This document shows positions 30,780 through 41,384 of a stretch of 64,000 bases of DNA, one piece after another. Below the pieces are notes generated by a model that ran no database searches, had not been told where the DNA came from, and saw only the letters and a program-made list of their open reading frames with translations. The position numbers were made by a program, and so were the translations under genes. Position 1 is the stretch's first letter, and each line of letters starts with the position of its first letter. The stretch covers positions 1 through 64,000 of the forward strand of contig CAWJET010000001.1 of NCBI GenBank assembly GCA_963842085.1, given 5' to 3'. This DNA is from an uncultured delta proteobacterium. Lineage in GTDB: Bacteria; Desulfobacterota; Binatia; Binatales; Binataceae.

Positions 30780-33035
30780 CTATGGCGCGGTTCTGGCGCC
30801 GCCGATGTCGGCGAATGCTGGCGCCCCCGTCGTCTTCAGGGTCCTCGACCCGGAGGCCCTGACCTCCGCAGCGGCCGCGGCGAGTTGTTCGCGCGCAAAC
30901 TCGATTACCATCAGACCGTGCATTTCGGAGATCCGAGCGTCGGCTCCAGCAGCGGCCAGCCACTCAGGATAGGGGAAATAGAGGCGCACTGCCCTGTGGC
31001 GATAACGACCGATAATCGGTTCAAGCGCGGCGTAGGAACCGTAAACCCCTACGCTCGCGTGTCCGTCGCCCATCGGGCCGAGCCAGGCGCCTAGACGGTA
31101 ACGCCGGCCTGGATCGGTGATGGGATTCTCTTGTATCGACCAGCCTGCGGCGGTTGGCCCCGTAAGCCATGAGGCCGGCAGCAGTCCGTGCACCTGCGCT
31201 TCGAGCGGAGTCAGGCGGGCGAGACTGTTTCCCTCGGAGAGCCATTGATCGGTCGCAAGCAAAAGTGTGTCAAACACCGTCGCATCGGCCTGCTGTTCCA
31301 TTTGAAGCGCGGTGACCGTCGCGTAAGGCGCCAGCGCGGCAGGTGCCACGCGGTAGAGCGTCACACCACCGGCGCTCCCCTTCGCGGCGCAGCAAGCTGA
31401 CGCGAGCGCATGCCATGCTTTCGCGTCGACATCGCCATCGGCCACCGCGATAGTGTTGACTGCGTGGTGGGCCATGAAGGCGCTCAGTTGCGCGCCCACG
31501 TCGGGCAGGTACGCCGCGCCGAGGAGCGCGTCGACGATCGGCCAGTCATGAAACTCGGGCTGTAGTGTTCCCGTGTATCCGCCCACCGTCTTGAAGTACA
31601 TATCGGTCTCGGCCTGCCACAGCATACTGTTGCCACGAATCCCGAATGGCAGGATCAGTACATTCTCGCCCGACGCAAGGTACTGGCGATGAAGCGCGGT
31701 GGTAAAGAATGCGGGCGAGTCGTCGCGGCTCGTCCAGTAACTTCCGGACAGGTTCGGCAGCGTCGAGACCACTATTATCACGGCCAGCGCGATTTTTGTT
31801 GCCGAGCCAAACTGGTTCGCCGCAAACCAGATCGACGCAATGATCGCGAGCAGGAGGAAGGCGTACATCATAAAGCGCGCCGGCAGCGCCTTGTTGAGCG
31901 CCGGCAGCATCGCGAGGATCTTGCCCGGCGCCCCACCCAGCACCGCGCCGCGAAAGTGCAGCAGCGGTCCCATCGCCAGCACGCAAGTGATTATCAGCGA
32001 GTCCACCAGCAGCTTGCCGGTCGGCTCGCGCCAGTGCCACCAGGCGTACGCGGCGGCAAGGATGATCAGCGGCAACCCTAGGTAGGCGTCCACTTCGGCA
32101 ATGCCGTAGGGCCGAAACGGAGCAGAGAGACGGCTGATGAGAGGAATCACGCCGAACTCACTGGTGGGCGCAGGCACCACGAAGTTCAGGAGGTCGGAGG
32201 AATAGGAATGGAGCGACCAGATCGCTCCGCGCGGCGCGCCGAAGGCGAATATGCTGTAGAGATACGGACTCAGGATGACCGCCGCTATCGCATACGCGAT
32301 GGCGATCGGCCGCAATGCTCTCAGGATGCGCTTGCCTGTGTCAGAAGGCGCGAACGACCATCCCAGCAACAGCGCCATCCCGCCAAATTCGGTCATCGTC
32401 GCGAAGACTTCGATCGAGATAAGAAACTGCGCGACAAGCAGCGCCACCATCGCGGCGACGAACCTTCCCAATGCAAGTTCGCCCGCGATCGCGCGCACGA
32501 CGAGCAAACCCCCGACCGGCACCAGGAAAACCAGGGTCAGGTTCAGTTGGCCGAAAGCCTGATGCCCCAACATATAGGCGGAGAAGCCGAAGATGTAGCC
32601 GCCCAGCAACGAAGGCCACCAGGCGCGACAGATGTGACGACAAAAAAGGAAAGCCGTCCATGCGCCGAGCGGCAGGCTCGCCAGGCACAAAACGTTGTAG
32701 GCCGCGATCGGTCCAACACTGGCGGTCAGGGGCCAGATGACGAAGCTTGGCAGCGGGATCGAGGTCGTCCAAGCCAGGTTGATGCCGCTCGGAGCCCAAA
32801 GCAGATCGGTGAAAAATGGATCTAGATGGTGAACGAGCGCATGCGGCCACCACACGAGAAACCACATAAGTGCCGACGGATCGTCCGTCCCGATGTACGC
32901 GTCGCGAAAATGACCCGGCAGCGTGCGCCCAAAGACCAGGAGCGAGAACGTCAGGTATATCGAAAGAGCAAGCAGGCCGTGCCGGTCAGGTGTATGACTC
33001 GGCTCTGCCGCGTGAGGCGTGGGCTCCTCCTGCAT
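30780..33035 (-). CDS. Polytopic membrane protein, probable GT-C glycosyltransferase
   Basis: DP..MWFLVWWPHA...GINLAWTT, many TM helices, YLG and PARF motifs; adjacent to GT87 and GtrB-like genes. Confidence 0.7.
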   Translation of the reverse strand: MQEEPTPHAAEPSHTPDRHGLLALSIYLTFSLLVFGRTLPGHFRDAYIGTDDPSALMWFLVWWPHALVHHLDPFFTDLLWAPSGINLAWTTSIPLPSFVIWPLTASVGPIAAYNVLCLASLPLGAWTAFLFCRHICRAWWPSLLGGYIFGFSAYMLGHQAFGQLNLTLVFLVPVGGLLVVRAIAGELALGRFVAAMVALLVAQFLISIEVFATMTEFGGMALLLGWSFAPSDTGKRILRALRPIAIAYAIAAVILSPYLYSIFAFGAPRGAIWSLHSYSSDLLNFVVPAPTSEFGVIPLISRLSAPFRPYGIAEVDAYLGLPLIILAAAYAWWHWREPTGKLLVDSLIITCVLAMGPLLHFRGAVLGGAPGKILAMLPALNKALPARFMMYAFLLLAIIASIWFAANQFGSATKIALAVIIVVSTLPNLSGSYWTSRDDSPAFFTTALHRQYLASGENVLILPFGIRGNSMLWQAETDMYFKTVGGYTGTLQPEFHDWPIVDALLGAAYLPDVGAQLSAFMAHHAVNTIAVADGDVDAKAWHALASACCAAKGSAGGVTLYRVAPAALAPYATVTALQMEQQADATVFDTLLLATDQWLSEGNSLARLTPLEAQVHGLLPASWLTGPTAAGWSIQENPITDPGRRYRLGAWLGPMGDGHASVGVYGSYAALEPIIGRYRHRAVRLYFPYPEWLAAAGADARISEMHGLMVIEFAREQLAAAAAEVRASGSRTLKTTGAPAFADIGGARTAP

Positions 33036-33079
33036 TGCGGCAGCGATTGTCGCAGCCCAGGAATGATCAAGCAAGTTGC

Positions 33080-33219
33080 GCCGCCGCGAATGTCGTGAGT
33101 CCACCCCAAGCGCAGGCTGAAAAAAGGCCGGGTGACGTAGTCCGAATCGAGATCGAGAGAATCAGCAATCTCGAAAACAATGTGATCGAGGAACCGGCCA
33201 ATACGACTCCGATCTGAGC
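33080..33219 (+). repeat. Degenerate copy of the FAH gene 3' end (~30007-30130)
   Basis: GDVVRIEIERISNLENNVIEEPA versus GDVVRIEIEKIGKLENKVIEEPA; both end in ATCTGAGC. Confidence 0.85.
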
Positions 33220-33248
33220 GCACACCCGCATCAGGTGCCGAAAGGAAA

Positions 33249-34613
33249 TCAGGACGACCGCTCAAACCCAGGCGGAGGCAACGAGACTGCCGTCTCGAAA
33301 TGCGGGAGATGAACTGAATGCTGCTGGTCAGCAGCGGGCTCGCGATGGCTGGCGCGCCGGAGGATTGCCGTCATCAATGCGATGATCACAATTGGGGCAA
33401 TTGGGATTCTGGCAGTCTGACTGACAGGCAAGGAGACGCGGGGCAGAATCCACGCGACCGTGAGCACGACTTTCTCGTAGGGTAAGAATCCCTTCTCGAA
33501 ACCCTCCATTGCCAGCCACGCTATCGGGAGCGCGAGCAATACCAGGTCGTATTGCAGAACGTATGGAGAAACCATCAAGGAGCCAACGGCCAAGGTGGCG
33601 GCTTTGAGCGCGAACGGGCGATGCGATTGCCAAACCCAAACCACCGCGGCCGCCGCGTATAGCGCGATAATCGCCTGGAACATATACGCCATATCGACGC
33701 TGCCACCCCACATCCTGATTGCTCCAAAAATGCTTTGCAGGGTCCGGAAGTTGATCGCCCCCTGTTCCAGGACAATTTTCCGTGTGAACGCGAGACCGGC
33801 GATAAACGCGCGCCATGTTGGAGCGCCAAAGACGGCGAGCGAAACCAACGCGAACAGAATCGCGCTGACTGCTGTGGCAATGAGCGCGCGCCATTGGCGA
33901 GCTACGATCAATGCGAGCGGAATCAATATCGCGAATTGCGGCTTGTAGGCCATCAAGCCAAACAGAAACCCGGCAAACAGCGGACTTCGGTCGAGAAGCA
34001 GCAGACCGCCGCCGATAAGCGCGGTGGTCAGGAAACCATTTTGGCCGCACATAAAGTTGATGATGACCGCCGGAAATGCAATCGCAAGCCAAAGTCCGAG
34101 AGGAACAGGAGCGACGCGCCGGAGAACGGCAAGATAGCCGGCAAGCGTTACGGTCTCGAACACGACCCACGACGCGACCAATGGCAGCATCGAAAGCGGT
34201 AGCGCGATCAGAAGGTACATCGGCGGATAGTGGAACCCCAAAACACCGAAATCCTTACCTCCCATTACCGCCACTTCCTGCAGGTGCTGGCGCTGAATAT
34301 CGTAAACAGAGGCGGGATCGCCTTTGAGCGCCACGATTGAGGCCGTGTAGGGATTTACGAAGTCGCCGCCAACGCACGCGCCGCTTGCAAATATCAGGTG
34401 ATGAGCGTGGAAGAGTTGAGCTATAGCCGCGTACAGATACACAAACAGCAGAGCGCCCGGATAAAATTTGACGCGCTGGACGGTCAGCCAGGAAGGGTCG
34501 CGCAGCCAGCTGTTGAACCGGTGCGCAAAACCCGAGAGGCCGTTATGAGCCAAGGGAGGCGTCGTCACCGTGACGGATTTCCTGGCGGCATCTATTTTCG
34601 CGCGATTGTCCAT
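33249..34613 (-). CDS. Glycosyltransferase family 87 (DUF2029)
   Basis: GGDF, FHYPP, GQNGFL, YKPQF, SPYVLQYDL. Confidence 0.88.
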   Translation of the reverse strand: MDNRAKIDAARKSVTVTTPPLAHNGLSGFAHRFNSWLRDPSWLTVQRVKFYPGALLFVYLYAAIAQLFHAHHLIFASGACVGGDFVNPYTASIVALKGDPASVYDIQRQHLQEVAVMGGKDFGVLGFHYPPMYLLIALPLSMLPLVASWVVFETVTLAGYLAVLRRVAPVPLGLWLAIAFPAVIINFMCGQNGFLTTALIGGGLLLLDRSPLFAGFLFGLMAYKPQFAILIPLALIVARQWRALIATAVSAILFALVSLAVFGAPTWRAFIAGLAFTRKIVLEQGAINFRTLQSIFGAIRMWGGSVDMAYMFQAIIALYAAAAVVWVWQSHRPFALKAATLAVGSLMVSPYVLQYDLVLLALPIAWLAMEGFEKGFLPYEKVVLTVAWILPRVSLPVSQTARIPIAPIVIIALMTAILRRASHREPAADQQHSVHLPHFETAVSLPPPGFERSS

Positions 34614-34822
34614 CGCCAACCTGTTCCGGTCGCACAGCACCAAATATGCCACCGTACTCGACCAAGGAAAACGCCAGCCCTGGCAAGACAATCAGCAGAA
34701 CCGCCCACCATTGCGCCTCACGTGTTGCTCGAGTGCAACATGCCGAGCGGGATTTCCTGGAGACATACTACTCGGCGGCGACCGATTCCGCCTGCGTTGG
34801 TTCAGCGCCCATACTGCTCAAC

Positions 34823-35285
34823 TCAGCCTCGTCGGCCCGGCTTCGCATCACCGCGATTAGGCTCAGTCGGCGGAATTGGCACGACCTTGTCGAGCAGCCG
34901 CATCAGCGGCGTGATCAGATTGAGCAACCAAACCTGCGCGAGACCAAAGCTGCGCCGACGCAGAATGCGCCCGTTCAGATACCATGCGATAGTGCTGATG
35001 CGGTTGAACTCAATCAACTCGCGAATCTCCAGCCCGCAGTCCGCGGCAAGTTTATCAAGTGTCTGACGCGTGTAGCGGCGCTGATGGCCCAGCACTTGAT
35101 CGAGGGTACCGAAGTTCCCCGGCCCTTGCGGCACGAGGATCATCGCGCTGACCATGATTGCCAGTACCCCTTTGATGTTGTTCAGCGCGCGGCGGTCGTC
35201 TGCGACGTGCTCGCGCACGTTGAGGCAAATCACGCTGTCGTAGCCGCCATCGGTCGCTGGAAAAGAGTTTAGATCGCTGACATCG
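34823..35285 (-). pseudogene. C-terminal fragment of a class I SAM methyltransferase
   Basis: YDSVICLNVREHVADD...LVPQ...LDQVLGHQRRY; the N-terminal SAM motif I is missing. Confidence 0.6.
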
Positions 35286-36184
35286 CAGTATGACGACTTG
35301 AGGCAAGGGCGGGAGCCAAGATTTGCGAAGTGTAAGCGGCCCTGGTCCCTGCTCCCAGCAATCGTGCCCCCGAAAATACGCTTTGCATCGTATAGAATCG
35401 CACGCCGCCGCCGATAATCACTCGCCGAGCAGGTTCGAGCGTATTCAAGAACGCGCCCCAGGTTCCGGCGCCGAACATCACAAGTGAGATACCGGCAAAG
35501 GCGATTGCCGTAACCGCGGCGGCGAAAAAGGCCCGCCACCTCCCGGTAGCAACTAATACGAGTGGCACCAGCACTCCCATCTGCGGCTTGTACGTCAAAA
35601 GGCCGAAAAGCGCGCCAGCCAACAGTGGTCTGCTTTCGAGCGATAGCAGCGCGCCCCCAAGCAGGGAAAATGTGAGCAATCCGTTTTGTCCGTTTTGTAG
35701 GTTGGCGAACACGCCGGGAAAAGCCAGGGCTGGCCAAAACGTCTCCGCGCGCGGAATGATTTTCCGCAGCACCATCGAGTAGCCGGCAAACGTAAGCGTC
35801 GTCCATATGCCGAGCGCCCATAGGTAGCCCACAAGCGCCGCTGGCAGAACAATTATCAGGAACGTTGGCGGGTAGTACCATAGGGCCACAAAGGTCCCTT
35901 GCCCAACCGCTTCTTCTTCCACGGCGTAGAGCCGTTTTGAGGTCATCAAGACTGCCGACGGTTCTCCTCTAAGCGCCATTGCGGAAGCCGCCCAGTAGCA
36001 CGAGAAGTCAACGCCGATGGGTTTGCCCTCGCGGCTTACCATCCCATGTGCCGTCATCACCCATATGTTTTGACATTCACCGCAAAGCGACGAGGAAAAT
36101 TTTCGGATAAACCCGCAGACGCTTCCGGTTCAACCAAGGTGCTTCAGCAACCCAAGCGATCACGGTATTGAGACTCTGGCGCAT
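35269..36184 (-). pseudogene. Second GT87 gene, frameshifted and 3'-truncated
   Basis: GVDFSCYW, YYPP, GQNGLL, YKPQ; frameshift ~36070; lacks the SPY..YD region. Confidence 0.7.
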
Positions 36185-36392
36185 AGGCCGAACCAATCTT
36201 GGCTCCCGATTCAGATTCGCAGCAATTTTACCCGGCTTGCAAACGCTGCGCTCGATCCATCGGCAGAGACGGACACTCACGAACTGTCCTTGACATCGGT
36301 CGCGGTGCGGCTTGCCCGGGGTGGCTCGACTGTTTACTCTATACAGCGAGTGGGAATGGGGGAATCCAAACGTCAATTCCGATTCAATTGGT

Positions 36393-37439
36393 ATGACTGT
36401 TAGGGTTGTACCCGGCCCCGGTCCGCGACCAGTGGGCGATCAGGATTTTGCCAGCGAGAGAGCCGCAGCCGCGAACCGGCTCGGAGAGTCGCGGGTGACA
36501 CTCTCAATCGTGACTCCGATTTATAACGAGGCTGCAAACCTCGATGAGTTCTTCCGGCGCTTGCTCGCGGTGCTCGAACGGTTGGCGGTCAGCTACGAAG
36601 TCGTTTGCGTTGACGACGGGAGCACAGATGAGACCTTAGCCCGCCTGCTCGAACGGCGGGCTCAAGATCCCAACGTCAAAATCCTAAGCCTCTCTCGCAA
36701 CTTCGGCAAAGAAGTGGCGCTCAGCGCGGGGATTGAGCATAGCTGCGGCGCAGCCGTCATTCCGATCGACTGTGACTTGCAGGATCCCCCCGAGCTCATC
36801 GAGGAGATGATCGCGCAGTGGCGCCTTGGCTACGACGTGGTCTATGCGACGCGACACGCGCGGCCCGGTGACGGACTCGCCAAGCGGCTGAGCGCCCGGA
36901 TGTTTTACCGGCTCCTGGACGCTGTCTCCGAAGTTCCGATTCCAAGCGACGCAGGAGATTTTCGTTTGCTCGACCGACGGGTGGTCGACGCTCTACTGCG
37001 GCTCCCCGAACGTTCGCGGTTCATGAAGGGGCTGTTCGCCTGGGTCGGTTTCAAGCAGACCGAGCTCAGTTTTGAACGTGTTGGACGCAACGCCGGCAGT
37101 AGCGCGTGGACGTACTGGCGGCTGTGGAACTTTGCTCTCGACGGGGTCACCTCGTTCAGTTCATTGCCGCTCAAGATCTGGAGCTATGTCGGACTGGTCA
37201 TCTCACTACTCGCCTTTGCCTACGCCCTTTTTCTCGCGGTGTTCAAGCTGGCGCGCGGAATCGACGTTCCCGGCTACACTTCGCTGATGGTGGTCGTGTT
37301 GTTTCTGGCCGGCATTCAACTCATCACCCTGGGTGTGATCGGAGAATATCTGGGCCGGGTCTTTACCGAGGTCAAACACCGTCCCCTGTATCTGTTGCGC
37401 GAGGCGCATGGCTTCGAGCAGTACGAGCGCCGGACCTGA
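36393..37439 (+). CDS. GT2 polyprenol-phosphate glycosyltransferase (GtrB-like)
   Basis: VDDGSTD, SRNFGKE, DCDLQDPPE, GDFRLLDR, two C-terminal TM helices, GEYLGR. Confidence 0.9.
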   Translation: MTVRVVPGPGPRPVGDQDFASERAAAANRLGESRVTLSIVTPIYNEAANLDEFFRRLLAVLERLAVSYEVVCVDDGSTDETLARLLERRAQDPNVKILSLSRNFGKEVALSAGIEHSCGAAVIPIDCDLQDPPELIEEMIAQWRLGYDVVYATRHARPGDGLAKRLSARMFYRLLDAVSEVPIPSDAGDFRLLDRRVVDALLRLPERSRFMKGLFAWVGFKQTELSFERVGRNAGSSAWTYWRLWNFALDGVTSFSSLPLKIWSYVGLVISLLAFAYALFLAVFKLARGIDVPGYTSLMVVVLFLAGIQLITLGVIGEYLGRVFTEVKHRPLYLLREAHGFEQYERRT

Positions 37440-37442
37440 CGC

Positions 37443-38177
37443 GTGGACCGCGAGCTCTATCCGCTGATGGCGCAAGTCGAGGACAGTCACTGGTGGTTCT
37501 GTTCCCGCCGGGCGATTGTTGCCAGTATGCTCTCGCGCCTGGGCCTTTCTCCGGGCGCCCGAATTTTGGAGCCGGGCTGCGGCACCGGCGGCAACTTTGC
37601 CATGCTGGCCAGATTCGGCGAGGTCTACGCGATGGACGCCGACGTCGAGGCTTGCAAATTTTCCACCGCCAGAAAGACCGCGATTGTGGAGCCGGGCCAA
37701 CTGCCCGACCGAGTACCGTTTGAGCGTATCGGCTTCGACCTGGTGGTGATGACTGATGTTCTGGAGCATCTTGATCGCGATCAGGAAGCGTTGAGCGTGC
37801 TCCGCGAGCGGCTCAAACCAGGCGGCTGGCTGCTGGCAACAGTTCCCGCATTCTCCTGGTTGTGGAGCGAGCATGACGTCACCCACCACCACCAACGACG
37901 TTATGTGGCCGGCGATCTACGCGCACTGTTCGAGCGCGCCGGATACACCGTGGCTTATCTCAGTTACTATAACTTTTTGTTGTTTCCGGGGATCGCGGCG
38001 GCGCGCCTGCTGGGCCGCTTGCGCAAATCAAGCGCGCAGCACGAGCACGACCTCCGGGGCCATTCGGGTCTTGTCAATTCGCTCTTGCGAACCGTGTTTT
38101 CGAGCGAGCGATACGCGATCGGCCACCTCGCTGTGCCTTTTGGAGTCTCGCTGCTGGTGCTGGCACGCAGATCTTGA
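37443..38177 (+). CDS. Class I SAM-dependent methyltransferase
   Basis: HWWF, EPGCGTG, DVLEHL, LWSEHD..HHQRRY. Confidence 0.88.
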   Translation: MDRELYPLMAQVEDSHWWFCSRRAIVASMLSRLGLSPGARILEPGCGTGGNFAMLARFGEVYAMDADVEACKFSTARKTAIVEPGQLPDRVPFERIGFDLVVMTDVLEHLDRDQEALSVLRERLKPGGWLLATVPAFSWLWSEHDVTHHHQRRYVAGDLRALFERAGYTVAYLSYYNFLLFPGIAAARLLGRLRKSSAQHEHDLRGHSGLVNSLLRTVFSSERYAIGHLAVPFGVSLLVLARRS

Positions 38178-38282
38178 GGGCTGTTGGTTCATTCAGGAAC
38201 GCTTTTCTGAAGCGCCCGTCCAGGCGACGAGATCGACCCGCGATAGTGACGCTAATCTGGTTCGCCGCAGTATGGGGGAGAA

Positions 38283-38891
38283 ATGAAAATTTACGACTTC
38301 AAAATGGCGCCTAATCCGCGCCGCGTGCGCATCTTCCTGGCCGAAAAGGGCATCAGCGTTCCGTTCGAGGAAATCGACATCTTCAGGGGCGTCAACCGCC
38401 AGCCGGAATTCCTGAAAAAGAATTCGCTGGGCGGGATTCCGGTGCTCGAACTCGACGACGGCCGGTATCTCGCCGAAAGCGTCGCGATCTGCCGTTACTT
38501 CGAGCTGATCCATCCTGAGCCCGCGCTGTTTGGCAAGGGCGCATTCGAGCAGGCCAACGTCGAGATGTGGAATCGGCGGATGGAACTGGCGCTGTTCGTC
38601 CCGGTCGGGATGGTGTGGGGGCATTCGCACGAACTGACCCGCGCGCGAATTAAACAAATCCCCGAAATGGGCGAGCAAAGCCGCAAGGTCGTCGAGCAGC
38701 GCTACCAATGGCTCGACCACGAACTCGCGGATAAGCAGTTTATCGCCGGCGACAAGTACTCAATCGCGGATATCACCTTGCTGGTCGTCGTCGACTTCGC
38801 CAAGTTCAACAGTATTTCGATTCAGCCGGAGCAGAAAAACCTCGCGCGATGGCATCAAGCAGTCTCGTCGCGCCCGAGCGCGGCCGCCTAG
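38283..38891 (+). CDS. Glutathione S-transferase
   Basis: APNPRRV, IPVLELDDG..LAES.AI, SIADI. Confidence 0.92.
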   Translation: MKIYDFKMAPNPRRVRIFLAEKGISVPFEEIDIFRGVNRQPEFLKKNSLGGIPVLELDDGRYLAESVAICRYFELIHPEPALFGKGAFEQANVEMWNRRMELALFVPVGMVWGHSHELTRARIKQIPEMGEQSRKVVEQRYQWLDHELADKQFIAGDKYSIADITLLVVVDFAKFNSISIQPEQKNLARWHQAVSSRPSAAA

Positions 38892-38893
38892 CC

Positions 38894-39277
38894 ATGCCGC
38901 GTCCAGATCCGCTCGACCGGCTGCGAAAAATTTGCCTCGCCCTGCCCGACGCCACCGAAAAAGAAGCGTGGGGCGAGCCGACGTTTCGCGTGCGCGGCAG
39001 AATGTTCGCGATGTACGCGAACAATCACCACGACGACGGCCGCATCGCGGTCTGGTGCAAGGCGCCGCTCGGGTACCAGAGCATGATGATCGGCGTCGCG
39101 CCCAAGCGCTTCTTCGTGCCGCCCTATGTCGGCGTCAACGGATGGGTCGGCGTGCGCCTCGACCTCGAAGTGGACTGGAAGGAAGTCGCCGGCGTCGTCG
39201 AGCAGGGCTACCGGATGGCCTTGGAAAAGCCGGCGCGTGCGACTCGCTCGCGGAAGTCCAGGGCCGCGCGCATCTGA
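38894..39277 (+). CDS. MmcQ/YjbR-family protein
   Basis: LRKICLALP..TE...WGEPTFRV..RMFA...PPYVG..GW. Confidence 0.85.
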   Translation: MPRPDPLDRLRKICLALPDATEKEAWGEPTFRVRGRMFAMYANNHHDDGRIAVWCKAPLGYQSMMIGVAPKRFFVPPYVGVNGWVGVRLDLEVDWKEVAGVVEQGYRMALEKPARATRSRKSRAARI

Positions 39278-39280
39278 TTC

Positions 39281-39781
39281 TCAGTCGATTCGTCCGTGCA
39301 CTCCGCAACTCGGCGCGATCCCCATCCGCTCGTAGTAGCGCTGGTGATACTCCTCGGCGCGGTAGAACTCCGCGGTCGGCACGATCTGCGTGACGACCGG
39401 GCGCGCGAGTTTGCCGGATTCGTCGAGCCGCCGTTTCGATTCCTCGGCGGCTTTCCGCTCATGCTCATCGGAATAAAAAATTATCGAGCGGTATTGAGTG
39501 CCGACGTCGGGTCCCTGCCGGTTGAGTGTCGTCGGGTCGTGAATCTGCCAGAAGACTTCGAGCAGCCGCTCGAACGACACCCGCGCGGGGTCGTACTCAA
39601 CCTGCACGACCTCGGCGTGTCCGGTCTTGCCGCTGCAAACCATTCGATAGCTGGGCTTCGCAACGGTGCCGCCGGCGTATCCGACAGCCACATCGACGAC
39701 GCCCTCGACCGCGCGAAAAGCCGATTCGACGCCCCAGAAGCATCCTGCGCCAAAAACCGCAATTCTGTTCTCGTTCGCCAT
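39281..39781 (-). CDS. msrA: Peptide methionine sulfoxide reductase A
   Basis: GCFWG, TGHAE, RQGPDVGTQYRS, AEEYHQRY. Confidence 0.95.
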   Translation of the reverse strand: MANENRIAVFGAGCFWGVESAFRAVEGVVDVAVGYAGGTVAKPSYRMVCSGKTGHAEVVQVEYDPARVSFERLLEVFWQIHDPTTLNRQGPDVGTQYRSIIFYSDEHERKAAEESKRRLDESGKLARPVVTQIVPTAEFYRAEEYHQRYYERMGIAPSCGVHGRID

Positions 39782-39866
39782 CTGCCTACTTAACGATGAC
39801 TATCAGCGGGAATCAACGCCGCCGCCGCTGTGCGATCTTCCAAACCTGTGCCATTATTCTAGCGAC

Positions 39867-40700
39867 ATGACACGTATTATGGCGGGCAACAAGCCGTGGC
39901 TACTTTTGCTCTTCGCCGCCTTCATTTGCGTTTGGCGTCCCGCCGGCGCCGGCGCCGCGGAAATCAAGGTCGCTGCGGCGTCGGACCTGACGTTCGTGTT
40001 CAACGACGTTGCCGCTCGATTTCACGATCAGACTGGTAACACCGTCAAGCTCGCGTATGGTTCATCCGGGAATTTCTTCGCGCAGATTCAAAATGGCGCG
40101 CCGTTCGATCTGTTCTTTTCCGCTGACCTGAGCTATCCGGAAAAACTCGAGGCCGCGGGCCTGGCCGAACCCGGCACCATCTACGAATATGCGAGTGGAA
40201 AACTCGTGATGTGGGCTCCCAACTCGTCGAAGCTCGACTTGAGCCGGGGACTCGCGGCGCTGCTCGATCCTGGTGTCAGAAAAATCGCGATCGCCAATCC
40301 GCAACATGCGCCGTACGGGATCGCGGCGGTTGCGGCACTGCGTCACGCTGCGATTTACGACCAGATCAAAAGCAAGCTCGTGCTCGGCGAAAATATCTCG
40401 CAGACTGCCCAGTTCGTCCAGTCCGGCAACGCCGACGCCGGACTCCTCGCGCTCTCGCTCGCGCTCGCGCCGGCGATGAAGAACAGCGGACGCTATGTCG
40501 AAATCCCCGCGGCCGACTATCCACCGGTCATCCAGGCCGGCGTGATTCTGAAGTCGTCACATCACAAGGAGTTGGCGAACCGGTTCCTGAAATTTCTCAA
40601 GCAGCCTGAGACTGCGGCGCTGATGGAGCGATACGGGTTCTCGATCCCCAAGGACGTTGCCGCGGCGCACAACGAAAGCGCGATGTCCGCGCCACGCTGA
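39867..40700 (+). CDS. modA: Molybdate ABC transporter substrate-binding protein
   Basis: VAAASDL, GSSG, GAPFDLFFSA, ANPQHAPYG. Confidence 0.93.
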   Translation: MTRIMAGNKPWLLLLFAAFICVWRPAGAGAAEIKVAAASDLTFVFNDVAARFHDQTGNTVKLAYGSSGNFFAQIQNGAPFDLFFSADLSYPEKLEAAGLAEPGTIYEYASGKLVMWAPNSSKLDLSRGLAALLDPGVRKIAIANPQHAPYGIAAVAALRHAAIYDQIKSKLVLGENISQTAQFVQSGNADAGLLALSLALAPAMKNSGRYVEIPAADYPPVIQAGVILKSSHHKELANRFLKFLKQPETAALMERYGFSIPKDVAAAHNESAMSAPR

Positions 40701-40706
40701 TCGCCG

Positions 40707-41384
40707 ATGGATTGGAGCGCGATTTTCCTGACGCTGCGGCTCGCGCTGGTCGTTTGCGCAATTTTGCTGGTGCTCGGGACGCCCATCGCATGGTGGCTCA
40801 GCTTCACGCGCTGGCGATGGAAATTTTTCGTCGAATCGATCGTCGCGCTGCCGCTCGTGCTGCCGCCAACCGTGCTCGGCTTCTACGTGCTGGTCGCGAT
40901 GGGCTCGCGCAGCCCAATCGGCCGCTGGTACCAGTCCCTCACCGGCCACGAGTTGGCGTTTACGTTCGAAGGCCTGGCGATCGCGTCGGTCATCTACAGC
41001 CTGCCCTTCGCGGTGCAGCCGATGGCGGCGGCGTTCTCGCAGGTGGATCGCAACCTGATCAACGCGTCGTCCATCCTCGGCGCGTCGCGAATCCGCACGT
41101 TCCTGCGCGTCGTGCTCCCGCTCTCGATGGGCGGCGTGGTCACCGGCTTGGTGCTGAGCTTCGCGCACACGCTCGGTGAGTTCGGCGTGGTGCTGATGGT
41201 CGGCGGCAATATCCCGGGCGTGACGCGCACGGTCTCGATCGCGATTTACGATCAGGCTCAGGCGCTCGACTATGCCGGGGCGAATCACCTGGCGCTGCTG
41301 CTGTTGGCGTTTTCGTTCGTCACGCTGTCGCTCACCTATTCGCTCAACCGCCGGGTCTGGGCGGTCTGGCCGCTGCATCGTTGA
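40707..41384 (+). CDS. modB: Molybdate ABC transporter permease
   Basis: LPLVLPPTVLGFY, FAHTLGEFG. Confidence 0.93.
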   Translation: MDWSAIFLTLRLALVVCAILLVLGTPIAWWLSFTRWRWKFFVESIVALPLVLPPTVLGFYVLVAMGSRSPIGRWYQSLTGHELAFTFEGLAIASVIYSLPFAVQPMAAAFSQVDRNLINASSILGASRIRTFLRVVLPLSMGGVVTGLVLSFAHTLGEFGVVLMVGGNIPGVTRTVSIAIYDQAQALDYAGANHLALLLLAFSFVTLSLTYSLNRRVWAVWPLHR

